A stretch of 64,000 nt of DNA from an uncultured Phycisphaerales bacterium (GCA_963758525.1 CAVWVQ010000003.1:1088001-1152000); one strand, 5' to 3'; shown: positions 27,981-39,410, numbered from the stretch's first letter. Program-made: numbers and translations. Notes: generated by a model from the letters alone, not told the origin.

Positions 27981-29123
27981 ATGGAGCGGGTAGTTATGCA
28001 CCAAAGCGAATTTGCGTTTGATTCACAGCCACGTCAGCTCTCGATCGCCTTAATCGAGCCATTGGAATCTCGTCGTCTGATGTCGGCCGCATCGGTGGTG
28101 ACAATTCATAGCGTTTTGTTGTCCAACCCCCCTGCCGCAGTCAGTGCGCCGCTCGCCACCAAGCATCCTCCGCATCACAAAGCGCATCACCCCGCTCCCA
28201 AGCCAAAGAAGCACACGGTCGCGAAAAAGACGCCAGTGGTCACCCCGCCGACAACGTCTCCTACGGCGACCGATTCCGGAACCGATCCCACGAGCAGCAC
28301 GCCCACGGGATCCGGCAACAGTTCGACGACTGCAACTTCGAGCGGCTCGCCCGTCACGTCGGCGCCACCGACAACGACGGCCAACCCCGGACCGACACCG
28401 CCAGTCCCCGGAAGTTGGCAGACCACCTTCGATGATGAATTCGACGGCACCACGCTCAACCCCGTCTGGCATACGGCGCAGTACTGGGATCACGCCGTTA
28501 CTATTGTGAACAAGGGCGAGTTGCAGGCGTACGACGCCAGCGGCGTCACCGTCAGCGGCGGCCAACTCCACCTCGCCGCCCGGGTCGACAACCAATACGG
28601 CGTCCCCTATGTGAGCGGCATCGTGCAAGCCGGCGGCGACATCTACGGCAATCCGGCGCAAAAGACCTTCAGCTTCCAATACGGCTACATGGAAGTGCGG
28701 GCGAAGATGCCAAAGGGGCAGGGATTCGCTCCGGCAATCTGGATGATGCCCGCCTCTCATAATGACGGCGACGGCGAGATCGACGTCGTCGAAGTCCTGG
28801 GCCACGATCCGACGCAGGCATACTTCACGGTGCATCACCTGGCCCTGAACACCTATCAGCAGCACACCGAAATCGGCGCCGACCTCTCCGCCGGCTTTCA
28901 CACCTACGGCGTCGACTGGGAGCCGGACCACATCACCTGGTATCTCGACGGCGTCGCCGTCGGCACCGTCACCGATCAGTCGCTGATTCCGCACGAGCCG
29001 ATGTATCCGATCATGAACTTGACTGTCGGCGGCGACTGGGAAGGTCCGCCCAACGCCAGCACGAAGTTTCCGGCTTCGATGGATGTGGATTACATCCACG
29101 TATGGCAAGCGGATGCGGCGTAA
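27981..29123 (+). CDS. Glycoside hydrolase family 16 with Pro/Thr linker
   Basis: FDDEFDG, EIDVVE catalytic motif, FHTYGVDW; N-terminal EPLESRRLMS motif. Confidence 0.9.
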   Translation: MERVVMHQSEFAFDSQPRQLSIALIEPLESRRLMSAASVVTIHSVLLSNPPAAVSAPLATKHPPHHKAHHPAPKPKKHTVAKKTPVVTPPTTSPTATDSGTDPTSSTPTGSGNSSTTATSSGSPVTSAPPTTTANPGPTPPVPGSWQTTFDDEFDGTTLNPVWHTAQYWDHAVTIVNKGELQAYDASGVTVSGGQLHLAARVDNQYGVPYVSGIVQAGGDIYGNPAQKTFSFQYGYMEVRAKMPKGQGFAPAIWMMPASHNDGDGEIDVVEVLGHDPTQAYFTVHHLALNTYQQHTEIGADLSAGFHTYGVDWEPDHITWYLDGVAVGTVTDQSLIPHEPMYPIMNLTVGGDWEGPPNASTKFPASMDVDYIHVWQADAA

Positions 29124-29138
29124 CGGATTCGGCGAGTG

Positions 29139-30155
29139 CTACCCGTGTCGCGGGATCCTCCGCGGCTCCGTGCTGGGCCCATCGACCCTTGGTCCTTCCG
29201 GCGTCCATAGGATCGGATCGATGCACATGCGCCGAGCGGTATGAGCCGGATCCCAGGCGTGATAAATCATCCACTCGGTGTGGCCGTCAGGACCGATCAC
29301 CACACTGTTATGTCCCGGGCCGATCAACTTTCCAGGAATCCCCTTCAGCACGGTCGGCCCTTGGGCGGCAAGCGGCGCGCTCCAGGGACCCAGCGGATGA
29401 TCGGCAACTGCGAAGCCTACGCCGTAGGCCTGACCGTGCCAGGCGCCGCCGGAGTAAAAGCAATAATATCGGTTGTCGTGAAAAACGACGCTGGGCCCCT
29501 CGACACAATTCCACTGGGGCCAGACGCGCCCCTTGTAGTCACGGTTAACCTCATAGACCTGCCAGGGGGCGGAGGCGCGGAGTACGATTCTGGGCGCGTC
29601 GGCAACGCCCATCATGTCCGCGGCCAGCGGTGCGACGGCCAGACCGGTGCCGGCCGGGTCGTCTTTGTCGTAGTCGGTTGCGAAGAAGAGGTAGCGGCGC
29701 CCGTCGCGCGGGTCGGTAAACGGACTGGCGTCGATGCTGAATCCCTGCTCCGGCATCAGCAACTTTCCCGAATCCTCGAAAAGGCCCGCCGGGGTGTCGG
29801 ATACCGCGACGCGGAGTCGTTGATCCTGATCTGACTTTGTCGTCGAGGCGGAGTAGTAGAGAAAGTACTGGCCCGCTTTTTCGGCGACCTCAGGCGCCCA
29901 GTAACTTCCCGGCATCGCGGATGGGACTGGCAGCAGCGCGCCGCCGCTCGATCGCCAGTGGATGAGGTCGGCTGAGATTAAAACTGGAAACTCACGTCCC
30001 AGCGGATCGCACTGTCCTGTTCCATATGCGTAGTACAATGGCCCCGCACGCATCACGAAAGGATCGGCGAAATAGCCCGGCCAGACCGGATTGCAATAGT
30101 CCAACGTGTTCATGGGGCCTTGGTTTGCAGTCCCGCTGTTTTTTCTTTCCGGCAT
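29139..30155 (-). CDS. Glycoside hydrolase family 43
   Basis: FADP, YWAPEV, SIDASPF, VEGP, GPGHNS motifs. Confidence 0.9.
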   Translation of the reverse strand: MPERKNSGTANQGPMNTLDYCNPVWPGYFADPFVMRAGPLYYAYGTGQCDPLGREFPVLISADLIHWRSSGGALLPVPSAMPGSYWAPEVAEKAGQYFLYYSASTTKSDQDQRLRVAVSDTPAGLFEDSGKLLMPEQGFSIDASPFTDPRDGRRYLFFATDYDKDDPAGTGLAVAPLAADMMGVADAPRIVLRASAPWQVYEVNRDYKGRVWPQWNCVEGPSVVFHDNRYYCFYSGGAWHGQAYGVGFAVADHPLGPWSAPLAAQGPTVLKGIPGKLIGPGHNSVVIGPDGHTEWMIYHAWDPAHTARRMCIDPILWTPEGPRVDGPSTEPRRIPRHG

Positions 30156-30242
30156 CCGCTTGCTCTCCTGTCAAAATTCACGCCGCCTATTGATTGGCCC
30201 GATAAATGATGCGTCCCGCATGCACAACCGAGACGTTTTCCT

Positions 30243-31547
30243 ATGGAAGTCATGAGCACGAGTCGAACTGGTCCAGAGGAGCGCGACCCGGGGCTTTCGG
30301 CCGAGCGGCCGGACGTTATTCCCCCGGCGCAGGAGGTTGCGCGCCCGCTCCTCGATACCCTGCGATTCATGTTCGCGGTCGGAATCGAATGCTCCAATCC
30401 CGTCATTGCCGGCAACCACCGCATCGATCAGCTCGCGCTCACCGGGCACTACGAGAACTGGCGAAAGGATCTTCACCTCGCCAGAGGGATGGGCCTGCGG
30501 TATCTGCGCTATGGGCCGCCGATTCATCGGGTCTTTCTGGGGCCCGGCAAGTATGACTGGACGTTTATGGATCGGGTGATGGCGGAGATGCAGAAAATTG
30601 GTCTGCGCCCCATCATCGATCTGGTGCATTTTGGACTTCCTGACTGGCTGGGGACGTTTCAGCATCCCGATTGGCCGCAGAGATTGGCGGAATATGCGCA
30701 CGCGTTTGCCGAGCGATATCCCTGGGTCACCCTCTACACGCCTGTAAATGAGATTTACATCACCGCGCAATTCTCCGCCGCATTCGGGTGGTGGAACGAA
30801 CGGCTGATGAGCGATCAGGCGTTCGTGACGAACTTGAAACACTGCGTCAAAGCGTCGATCCTCATGATGCGGGCGATCCTCAAAGTGCGCACCGACGCAA
30901 TTTTTATCTACAGCGAATCGACCGAGTACGTTCATCCCGGCAGCCCGGAGATGGTTCCCCGCGCGACATTCATGAACGAGCGGCGGTTTATCTCGCTCGA
31001 TCTGCTGTTCGCGCACGACGTGTCGGCCACCATCTACCAATATCTGCTGCAAAGCGGCATGAGCGCGGCGGAGTATCAGTGGTTTCGACAACAGGCCGAT
31101 CTGAAAACCCATTGCATCATGGGGACCGATTACTACATCACCAACGAGCACGTGATCCGCGATGACGGCACCAGCATCGGCGCCGGCGACGTTTACGGCT
31201 ACTACGTCATCACCCGCCAATACTTCGACCGCTATCGACTGCCGGTGATGCATACGGAAACCAATCGTGTGAACACCGACTCGGTCGCGTGGCTGTGGAA
31301 AGAATGGATGAATCTGCTTCGCCTGCGTGAAGATGGGGTGCCGATCATCGGGTTCACCTGGTACGGGCTGATCGACATGCTCGACTGGGATTCCGCGTTG
31401 ACCAAGGCACAGGGGCACGTCAACAAAGTCGGCCTGTACACGCTGGCGCGAAGGGAGCGAAAAGTAGCCGCGGAGTATCGCAAGCTGATCGCATCCTTCT
31501 CGCAACTCCCCATCAGCAGCTCCAAGTTCCCGCTGCTCACCGCGTGA
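30243..31547 (+). CDS. Glycoside hydrolase family 1-like (beta-glycosidase)
   Basis: GIECS, LRYG, DLVHFGLP, TPVNE (acid/base), MHTETN (nucleophile). Confidence 0.85.
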   Translation: MEVMSTSRTGPEERDPGLSAERPDVIPPAQEVARPLLDTLRFMFAVGIECSNPVIAGNHRIDQLALTGHYENWRKDLHLARGMGLRYLRYGPPIHRVFLGPGKYDWTFMDRVMAEMQKIGLRPIIDLVHFGLPDWLGTFQHPDWPQRLAEYAHAFAERYPWVTLYTPVNEIYITAQFSAAFGWWNERLMSDQAFVTNLKHCVKASILMMRAILKVRTDAIFIYSESTEYVHPGSPEMVPRATFMNERRFISLDLLFAHDVSATIYQYLLQSGMSAAEYQWFRQQADLKTHCIMGTDYYITNEHVIRDDGTSIGAGDVYGYYVITRQYFDRYRLPVMHTETNRVNTDSVAWLWKEWMNLLRLREDGVPIIGFTWYGLIDMLDWDSALTKAQGHVNKVGLYTLARRERKVAAEYRKLIASFSQLPISSSKFPLLTA

Positions 31548-31558
31548 GCTGCGGCCAA

Positions 31559-33082
31559 TCATTGGCTCGAAACCGTGCTGGCCTGCGCCTGACCGCGCGA
31601 CCCGCGGGTGCGGTCGCTGGTGGTCACGCCCAATTCTTCTTCGGAGATGTGCGGTTCCCCGTTCATCTCCTCCGAAGGCCGGTCGTGCGCCGCGGCGTTA
31701 CGACCGTCAGTGGTGCTGGCGTATTTCATCGCAATCGTTGTCTCCGGTTTGTTGCTGATGAGACGGTCGACCAGCTCCACGCCCTGCATCAGCGAGTGGT
31801 CCGTGTTTGACACTTCATATTTCCAGATTCCGAATCGGCCCCGGCTGTAGATGCCCTGCGATTCAAGATACGGAATTGCCAACCCGAGAATCGCGTCACG
31901 CTCCACGGTGGGAGTCGGGTAGCTGTAGCCGGCGTTGAACATCCACGTGTCGACAATCGCTTCGCGATCCGCCTCATTCAGCAGGCCGCAGCGGATCAGC
32001 CCATCGATCGTCTCCTGCACGATCGTGCTTCCGTCGAACGGCTTGAACTCGCTGTAGCTTGTCTCGGCCAGAAGGGAGTGATACTGGCTGTTGTCCGGCG
32101 TCATATAGGGGGAATAGTTTGAGAGATACGTCACGCGATAGAACGGGCAATTGTTTTCCGGGAAGTACATCCAGCTCTTGGTGCTCGGCGTCGGCCGCTT
32201 CACGCCAATGCCAACCATGTAGCCGCCGCTGTGGCGCAATGACGCGGTGGCTTTCTTGATGTCGCGCGGCAATTCGCCGTTGATCACATCGTTGCACAGT
32301 TTGTCCAGCGGCATGGTGGAGATCAGCATGTCGTATCTGATGCGCTGCCCGTCCGTGAAGCAGATCTCCCTGGCGGTGCAATTGATGAACGCGACCTTTC
32401 GATTGAGATGAAGATGTCCGCCGAGCGTCGCACCGATCCGGCGGTAAAACTCGCCGGTCCCCCCGCGGAGCGGAAATTTGAATTGATTGTTCGGGCCCCA
32501 GCCGAAGTCATCTTTTTCCAGCAGCACGTTCTCCAGCGCGCGGCGAATGTCGATCATCGCCACGCGCTCCCCGATCCACTCCTTGTTCATCATCTGCATC
32601 GGGTGCGCCCAAACCTTGAAGTTGTACGGCTTCATGAAATGCCGCGCGATCCCGTCGCCAAAGACCGCATCGATGAACTGATCGAAATTCCTGGCGTTCG
32701 TATGATCGCGGCGGGTCTGTGCCTCGATCAATCCGGTCAGACATTCGCACACCACTTCACGCGGCAGATACCGGATGTTGTTCTGAAACGGGTATGGCAC
32801 CCACGTATCGCACATCCGCACCCACGATTCCCGCAGGTTCATTTGAAATTCGTCGCCCATCAAAGCATCGAAAACGCGATCGTAGTATTTGTAGTGACTA
32901 AACATGACGTGGCCCCCCACGTCCCAGGTGAACCCGGCGGAGTCTGTGTAACTGCTCGCAAGGCCCCCGGCATGATCGAGGCTGTCATACACCTCGAAAT
33001 TCGAATAGCCCAGTTCCTGAAGCCGATATCCGGCGCCCAGCCCGGTGGGGCCCGCTCCGATGATGACGATTTTCTTTTGCAT
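31559..33082 (-). CDS. FAD-dependent oxidoreductase resembling eukaryote-type UDP-galactopyranose mutase
   Basis: IGAGPTGLGAG, GFTWDVGGHVMFSHY, WVPYPFQNN, WGPNNQFKFP, SRGRFGIWKYEVSNTDHS. Confidence 0.75.
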   Translation of the reverse strand: MQKKIVIIGAGPTGLGAGYRLQELGYSNFEVYDSLDHAGGLASSYTDSAGFTWDVGGHVMFSHYKYYDRVFDALMGDEFQMNLRESWVRMCDTWVPYPFQNNIRYLPREVVCECLTGLIEAQTRRDHTNARNFDQFIDAVFGDGIARHFMKPYNFKVWAHPMQMMNKEWIGERVAMIDIRRALENVLLEKDDFGWGPNNQFKFPLRGGTGEFYRRIGATLGGHLHLNRKVAFINCTAREICFTDGQRIRYDMLISTMPLDKLCNDVINGELPRDIKKATASLRHSGGYMVGIGVKRPTPSTKSWMYFPENNCPFYRVTYLSNYSPYMTPDNSQYHSLLAETSYSEFKPFDGSTIVQETIDGLIRCGLLNEADREAIVDTWMFNAGYSYPTPTVERDAILGLAIPYLESQGIYSRGRFGIWKYEVSNTDHSLMQGVELVDRLISNKPETTIAMKYASTTDGRNAAAHDRPSEEMNGEPHISEEELGVTTSDRTRGSRGQAQASTVSSQ

Positions 33083-33093
33083 GGTGGATAGTC

Positions 33094-35801
33094 CTATGAA
33101 CCTTGGGTGCTCGTGTAGACCGACTCAATTTCAATATCCGTCAGCGGCGCGATGCGTGTCGCGGCGGCGCGGTCTTTCCTGGACAACGCCTGGTCGATCA
33201 ACGATTGAAGCTGTGAGACGGTGCTGTCCCATGAGCAGCTTTGCGCCAGCTCTTTTCCGCGCGTGACCCGCTGGTCATCCGGGCCGGCCTGCAAGGCGGC
33301 CTCGATGCACTCGACAAATTCCAACGGAGTCGCGGCAATGCGAATAATGTCCGTCCATTGGCGCACCACGTCGCGCACCGGAGTGCTGACGATCGGCTTG
33401 CCGCAGGCCATGTATTCCAGGGCTTTGGTTGGATTGATGAACTGCGTCGCCTTGTTGAGCGCGAACGGCATCATGCAAACGTCAAAGGCGCGGCAATAGC
33501 TCGGCAGCGCCTGATAATCGCGACTTCCCAGCCAGAAGAGATTCGGGGAGTGGGGCAGCAGATTCGGATCGATCTTCACCACCGGCCCGATCATCGCGAA
33601 CGACCAGTCGGGCCGCTGCCGCGCCATCTCGCCGACCAGCCCATAGTCCACGCGCTCGTCCACCACGCCGAACCATCCGATGATCGGATGATCCATGAAG
33701 TCGATGTCGGGCGGCGCAATGGTGCGCGGGTCGCTGGCGCGGGAGAAGTGCTGATATTCCACCCCGCATCCAAACGTGTGAACCGAGTGGTGCTGCGCGC
33801 GTTTCTTCTCGCCCAATTCGTGACCGCCGGCGAAAATCACGTCGGCGTGGCGAATCAGCCTCGCTTCCTGCTGAATCAACGCGGGCGTGCGCACGGTGAA
33901 TTGTGAAAGCTCGTCCATGCAATCGTAGACAATCCCGCGGCTCGCAAAGTGTCCCAGCGACCAGGCGGAATCCATCGGCGAGTAGTACCAGAGCAGCGGC
34001 TGATCAAATTCGCCATCTTCGTTGATGGCCTCAATCGCCTGGCGAGTCATCTCGCGAAGCCGGCTTGTGAGCGTTCGATCCTTCCTGCCTGACGGGGAAA
34101 AATGCGGGGCAACCACCGTGACGTTTGGCATCACCTGGTGAAGATCGTGCCGCGGCTGCTGTCCCTCCGGCAGATCGAACAAAGGCTCCTCGACAAACAG
34201 AATTCGATGGCGCCGCGCGAGCCGCGAGAGGAACTGCTGCGGGCGCTGCCAGACGAACCCCCAGCGCAGATGACTGAAGACCACAATCCCGTAAGGACCG
34301 GTCGCCCGCGTCTGGACACTATTGTCGATCCGCGCGACACCGGGCTTCTGCTCCCCCGGATGGCTTCCTGTCGCCACGCTTACCGCCGCCAGAGGAGGAA
34401 CGTGTCCATTCCCGTTGCCGTTCCCGTTGCCATTTCCCTGGCGGGAAGCGTCCCGTGCAATGGCAGCGCTCTGCTCTTGGGAGATCGTGGGAAGAGCGAT
34501 CGAATCCAGTTCTCCAACCCGCGCGTTTCCCGCGGAAGCGGCGCGCGAAAACTGCTCAACCAGCGGCGTGACCTCGCGAGCAAGCGTTCCGTCGTGCTCG
34601 CGCCGTAACGAATAAAGGCCGACTTGATGGATCTTCCCGACGCGATGGGTCAGCGCCCCGTCCCAGTCGATCTGGTCGAACAGCGGCCACCAGAAATAGC
34701 CGAGCATCGGAACGCCCTCGGCGCGCAGCCGCCGGCAATCTTCGATCGTTTTGTCCAGCCAGATTTCGCGATTGATCGGCTTCCCGTCTGTGCTGGTCTC
34801 CGTCAGCATCAGCGGGAGGCCATAGCGGTTGTAATAAGCCGATCCAATTCCGTACACGCCGGCGGCACGTTCACTTCTTCTCTGGCGAATCACGGAACCG
34901 CTTTTCTCCAGCCGCCATTCGGAGTTCGGATAATAATCCATCCCGATGATGTCGGGCGTTTGCGGATTGGATCGAAACCAGTCGAGATCGAGCTCCGAAA
35001 ACCCATGCATCACCATCCACTCATACAACGGGTGCTGACGGTCGACCGCGCCGGTGAGCAGGTCCAGAACGAGAAATCGGCGGAGGTTTCGCCGTGAGAC
35101 TTCTTCGCAGAGTTCTGGCTCGCGCGTCTGGTAATGCTCGACATTATCGCAATGCATGATCGTTGCTTCGTGCTGCACCCGACGGATGGCGCGAATCGAA
35201 CGGCTCACCGCCTGCACGATGCGCGACAGCACAGGCATGTACCCGCGCCAGTGGCGCGCGTGTGGCGGCCAGAAGCCCAGATCTCCGGAAAACAAGGCAA
35301 GAACGAGCGGTTCATTGCACGGGCACCATGTGTGAATCGAGTCGCGATAGCGCGTGACGATCGCTTCGCTGAACGCTTCCAACGATTCGGGGAATTCAGG
35401 GTCGCCCGCCGCCTGAGCGAGCCATTGCGGAACTCCAAAATGCATCACGTCAAGATAGAGCTCGAGTCCCAGGTCTCTGCAGAACCCAATCCGCTCGTCC
35501 GCCATTCCCCAATCAAAGTTGCCGCGGCGGGACTCGATCTTGTGCCACGGCAATGCGTATCGCAGGTGCGTCAGGCCGGAGATCTCGCGGCGCGGCGCAG
35601 ATCCTCGCGCCATGCCCGATCGTGGCCGGTCCATTCGAATTGATCCACTTTCAGATGAGGAATGAATGAGCATTCAATGCCGGCGCCCCAGATAAAATTT
35701 ATTTTTTCATCCGGAGCCGCGTCGTCGCGGGCGGATTTCTCCGACACTCTGGCAGCAGGACGACGCGCTTCTTCATTGCGTGGGCTCAGCGTCGAGCTCA
35801 T
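33094..35801 (-). CDS. GH1-like hydrolase fused to a GT-B glycosyltransferase (frameshift near 35590)
   Basis: N-terminus GAGIECS in ORF 35571..35801; CNEP and LTETS; then FSHLRWGFVWQRPQQFLSR...NPTKALEYMACGKPIVST in one continuous frame. Confidence 0.8.
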
Positions 35802-36254
35802 GTCTTTCTCCTTCTGGTTGTCCGGCGTCGGCGGATTGCTCCTCCGCGACGACCGTCGTTTCGTTGCAGTTGTTCCCGCGCCGGTCGCTCAACGACCTGT
35901 CGCGAAGTGTTCCAGGCGGCTCTGGCGGTAATTATTCCAGCGATCTAGCGAGGTAGGGCCGACACCAAAAACCAGGATGACGCGCGTGGTCTTCCGCTGC
36001 ATCCGGGCCGTCCATGAGTACACCGGCCTGGAGCTTTGGAGAGGTTTTTCGCGATGGGCGTTTTTCATCGATCTGGTCCCGTGACACAACGGTGCGAGCC
36101 TCTTTATGGATGAGGAGATCGCAAATCGGGTTCCGGCGTCGATTCGGAAAATTCCTGATTGCAGACAATCGCCGAAGTGCGGATAATGAGGCGTTAGTCG
36201 GTCTGTCCTGTCGCGATTAGAAGCCATCTGCTCGGATTGACGCTTCCTGGCGGG

Positions 36255-37307
36255 TCAACTCGAAGCAGCGTCCCCCAACTGATTGAATCGCTTCTCCGCT
36301 CCGCGACCAAGGGCGCACAACGCCAGTTGGGTGATGATCGATTCGCTGTCCCTGCCCTTGTGTCGATTGCTTTCGCTGGCGCCATCTCCCGGCAGCAGAT
36401 AGTTGATGAGACTTGCGAACTGCGTGAATAGGCCGGGCGCCACCCCGTGAATCTTTGCCGCCGCCTTGGCGGTCAGTCCAAGCGTCACTTCTGCCTCTCC
36501 GTAGATGGCCGCACGGACAATCCTTCGAGCGGCTCGGCGCGCGCTGACGGAGATGCCGGGGAGATTGTCGCTAATGCTGAACCACGCGTATTCGGCGCGG
36601 TATTTTCCCTTGAAGTCGGCGTTGCGCGGGCTGCCGGTTTTCATGAGTCCAGGGACAACGGTGGTGACCAGCACGCCGGACTTGCTCAGCTCCGTTCGCA
36701 GCCCGCTGGAAAAACCCACAAACGCAAACTTGCTGGCGCAGTAGGGGAGCAGGTGGGGCACGGGAATCTTGCCGCCGATGGATGTGATGTTGACGATGCG
36801 TCCCTCACGTCGCGCCTGCATCGACGGGGTGACGGCGAGGGTCGCGTGGACGGCGCTCCAGAAATTACTATCCATCGCCTCCTGGAAATCGGCTGCGGTC
36901 ATGGCCTCCTGCGGCCCCACCGCGATGGTGCCGGCGTTATTCACCAGAATGTCGATCGGGCCAATAGCCTGCTCCACCCGGCGAACCATCTCCCGAGTCT
37001 GACCCTCGACGCGCACATCGCAAGGAAATGCAAGAACCCGCGGCGTGATCTGTCTGAGGTCGGCCCGGGCGGCTTCCAGCGTCGTTTCATCCCGGCCGCA
37101 GATCGCGAGGGTCGCGCCATGCCGCGCAAATTCCCGAGCCAGAGCGAGCCCCAGCCCGCGTGAACCACCGGTAATCAGAACCGTCCGCCCCGTCAATTGG
37201 ATGTACCGGCTGCGCCGCTGGATCATCGCCGCGGCATAGACGGCTCCCGCGCCGATGACCGCTGCGGGAATCAACCACGAGCCGGTGCGAGCGTTCGATT
37301 CGCGCAT
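36255..37307 (-). CDS. Short-chain dehydrogenase/reductase
   Basis: TGGSRGLG, NNAG, YCASK motifs. Confidence 0.92.
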   Translation of the reverse strand: MRESNARTGSWLIPAAVIGAGAVYAAAMIQRRSRYIQLTGRTVLITGGSRGLGLALAREFARHGATLAICGRDETTLEAARADLRQITPRVLAFPCDVRVEGQTREMVRRVEQAIGPIDILVNNAGTIAVGPQEAMTAADFQEAMDSNFWSAVHATLAVTPSMQARREGRIVNITSIGGKIPVPHLLPYCASKFAFVGFSSGLRTELSKSGVLVTTVVPGLMKTGSPRNADFKGKYRAEYAWFSISDNLPGISVSARRAARRIVRAAIYGEAEVTLGLTAKAAAKIHGVAPGLFTQFASLINYLLPGDGASESNRHKGRDSESIITQLALCALGRGAEKRFNQLGDAASS

Positions 37308-37477
37308 GACAATACTGCTTTCGTATCAATGGCTGCACGGCCGCGCCGGGCGACGCACGCGCGGCGTCGCAGCCCCGCTTCGCTGCATTTTGAAACGTAC
37401 TGCACCGATGAAATCGAGTCAGCGCTGAAAACGGTCCTGTGGAGGGTGTGGCGCTCGAAAGTGGCGATCGGCTCCGA

Positions 37478-37545
37478 GTAGGGCGGGATTCATCCCGCCG
37501 ATTTGTTGGCCGGCTGAGAAAACGGCGGGATGAATCCCGCCCTAC
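37478..37545. repeat. GTAG-type REP doublet (REPIN)
   Basis: GTAGGGCGGGATTCATCCCGCC...GGCGGGATGAATCCCGCCCTAC perfect 22-bp inverted repeat; a single related copy lies at ~17640-17661. Confidence 0.9.
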
Positions 37546-37636
37546 GATCGCAAAATCTGCAATCGCCACAAATAAAAGTTACACCCCCTGTGGAACACCT
37601 GAAACCCCCGAAGCTCGGTTTGGGCCGTTTCAGTTG

Positions 37637-38788
37637 TCAGTCAAAATGATCCCCACCGGAGCTTCCGGAGGGCAGATCGCCGATCCCTGGCGTGCGGGAC
37701 ATCCAGGCGCTGCGCTGCCAGTTGTCGGCGGTGGGTTTGGCGGCCATGACCGGCGGGAGCGCGAGCACGAAGTGGAGGGCCAGCGCGTCGAGGAACGGCT
37801 CGTACAGGCCGCGAAGCTCGGCGAGGCGCGATTCGGCGTCGGGGGAGTCAGCCGACTGACGACCGAATTGCCCAAGCAGATCATGCAGGTGGGCACAAAC
37901 GCTGGAGCGCAACACGTTTGGTTCCGTTGGCGGACTGACGCCGAAGATCAAGGCGATGTCCACCGCCGCGTGCCGGGCCATCGCAAAGGTGAGCTGGGCC
38001 TGATGGGACTCGCCCGGCGGCAGGATTGTCAGCAGCAACGAGCACGCATCGAGCATGGACGTCAGGGCCGCGAGCCAGGATTGGTTGGCATGCTGCGAGC
38101 GGTAGTACGCGAGCACGGGAAAGGAAATGTGGCTTTCCAGCAGCTCGGAACACCACCGTTCCCATTCGCGCAGCGTGGAGTCGTCGGCATCCACACGGCC
38201 GTCCCGCAACAGACGTCGCACAAATTCCCCCCCGGTCGGCGGAGAGCCGGCGCGGGCGTCCAGGAGCGAGATGGTCACCTCCCTGCGCGAAAACGCCTGA
38301 TAGAGCACCGGGAGATAGCTGATGATGATCGCCAGGAATCCGAAGCCCAGGCCCCCTTCGATGACGGTCAGCGCGCGGGACACGCCGTCGGAGGGGATCA
38401 CGTCGCCCAGCCCGAGCGTGAAGTAGGTCGTGCCGCTGAAATAGAGAAACGCTCCAAACGTGTTCGGCGTTGGGAAGTGCTGGCTCGTTGATAACAGCGA
38501 AGCCAGCGACCACTGCATGCCCGCGAAACCGAAAACCAGGCTGACGATCCACGAGCCGAAGAGTCCCAGCAGCGACATCGGCCCGAAGACCCCCAGCATC
38601 CCCTCGCGCCAGCGCCGGTCGGCAACCCGCGCGGCGATCGCCCGCCAGATCCACCAGCAGTTGCGGTAATACAGCCGCGAATAGCGAAAGCGATGATTGA
38701 TCCGTCGCGGCAGGAGGATCGTCTCAAACGCGTCGAGCAACGTCGCGACAGTCCACAGCAGGCCGACGATGAAGGCGAAGGAGTGCAA
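37637..38788 (-). CDS. Potassium channel family (Ion_trans_2) protein
   Basis: LYFSGTTYFTLGLGDVIP pore motif between TM helices. Confidence 0.85.
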   Translation of the reverse strand: MHSFAFIVGLLWTVATLLDAFETILLPRRINHRFRYSRLYYRNCWWIWRAIAARVADRRWREGMLGVFGPMSLLGLFGSWIVSLVFGFAGMQWSLASLLSTSQHFPTPNTFGAFLYFSGTTYFTLGLGDVIPSDGVSRALTVIEGGLGFGFLAIIISYLPVLYQAFSRREVTISLLDARAGSPPTGGEFVRRLLRDGRVDADDSTLREWERWCSELLESHISFPVLAYYRSQHANQSWLAALTSMLDACSLLLTILPPGESHQAQLTFAMARHAAVDIALIFGVSPPTEPNVLRSSVCAHLHDLLGQFGRQSADSPDAESRLAELRGLYEPFLDALALHFVLALPPVMAAKPTADNWQRSAWMSRTPGIGDLPSGSSGGDHFD

Positions 38789-38916
38789 TGGATCTCGTGG
38801 GATACGTCCAACGATTTGCGAAAATAGACGGGCTCGCTCGGGTTAAGCGACGCCAGGGTGGTCCGGATACAGCTGGATTTTTATGAACGGGCCGGTCGCT
38901 CGTGCGGAAATCGGGC

Positions 38917-39408
38917 TCACTTTACCTTCACGGAGCGCTGCCGCGCCTTGAACGCCTCCGACTTGAACCAACTCAGGGCTTCCTGCTCCCGTGGTTCCAA
39001 AGGGGCCACCGTCTCCAGTCGGGCTGTGAATTGCGCAGCTACCTCGTCCAGTTGCAGATCATCGGACGGGCACAGGCCAGCCAAAAACAAAAGCGGTTGG
39101 GCATCAACGTCCAAAAAGTTGGCCAGGCGAACGACCGTCTCGGGATTTCCCGCGCCGTGGTTGCCGGTCTCGATCGTAAGGAGGTCCATGAGGCTGACCT
39201 GAGCTCTCTGCGCCAACTGCAACGCCGAGAGGCCCAACTGACGACGAGACAACTCGATGAAATGCGCCAGCGAGCGTTGTGCGGCCTCGGCGTTCAGCCC
39301 GTTTAGTCGCCCATGCGGACCACCGACCTCCATTGAAACACCTTCCTCCGCATCGGCCATCTGCATAACCCACGCGTCATCGCGCCGAACTTGGTTAAAC
39401 ATGCTCAT
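38917..39408 (-). CDS. XRE-like helix-turn-helix protein
   Basis: IELSRRQLGLSALQLAQRAQVSLMDLLTIETG...RLANFLDV...LLFLAG; starts 2 nt after the GNAT stop. Confidence 0.75.
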   Translation of the reverse strand: MSMFNQVRRDDAWVMQMADAEEGVSMEVGGPHGRLNGLNAEAAQRSLAHFIELSRRQLGLSALQLAQRAQVSLMDLLTIETGNHGAGNPETVVRLANFLDVDAQPLLFLAGLCPSDDLQLDEVAAQFTARLETVAPLEPREQEALSWFKSEAFKARQRSVKVK

Positions 39409-39410
39409 GG

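Noticed and set aside
35889..36227. Small ORFs upstream of the GH1-GT gene
   Set aside because: No recognisable motifs or clear RBS; probably leader or promoter sequence.
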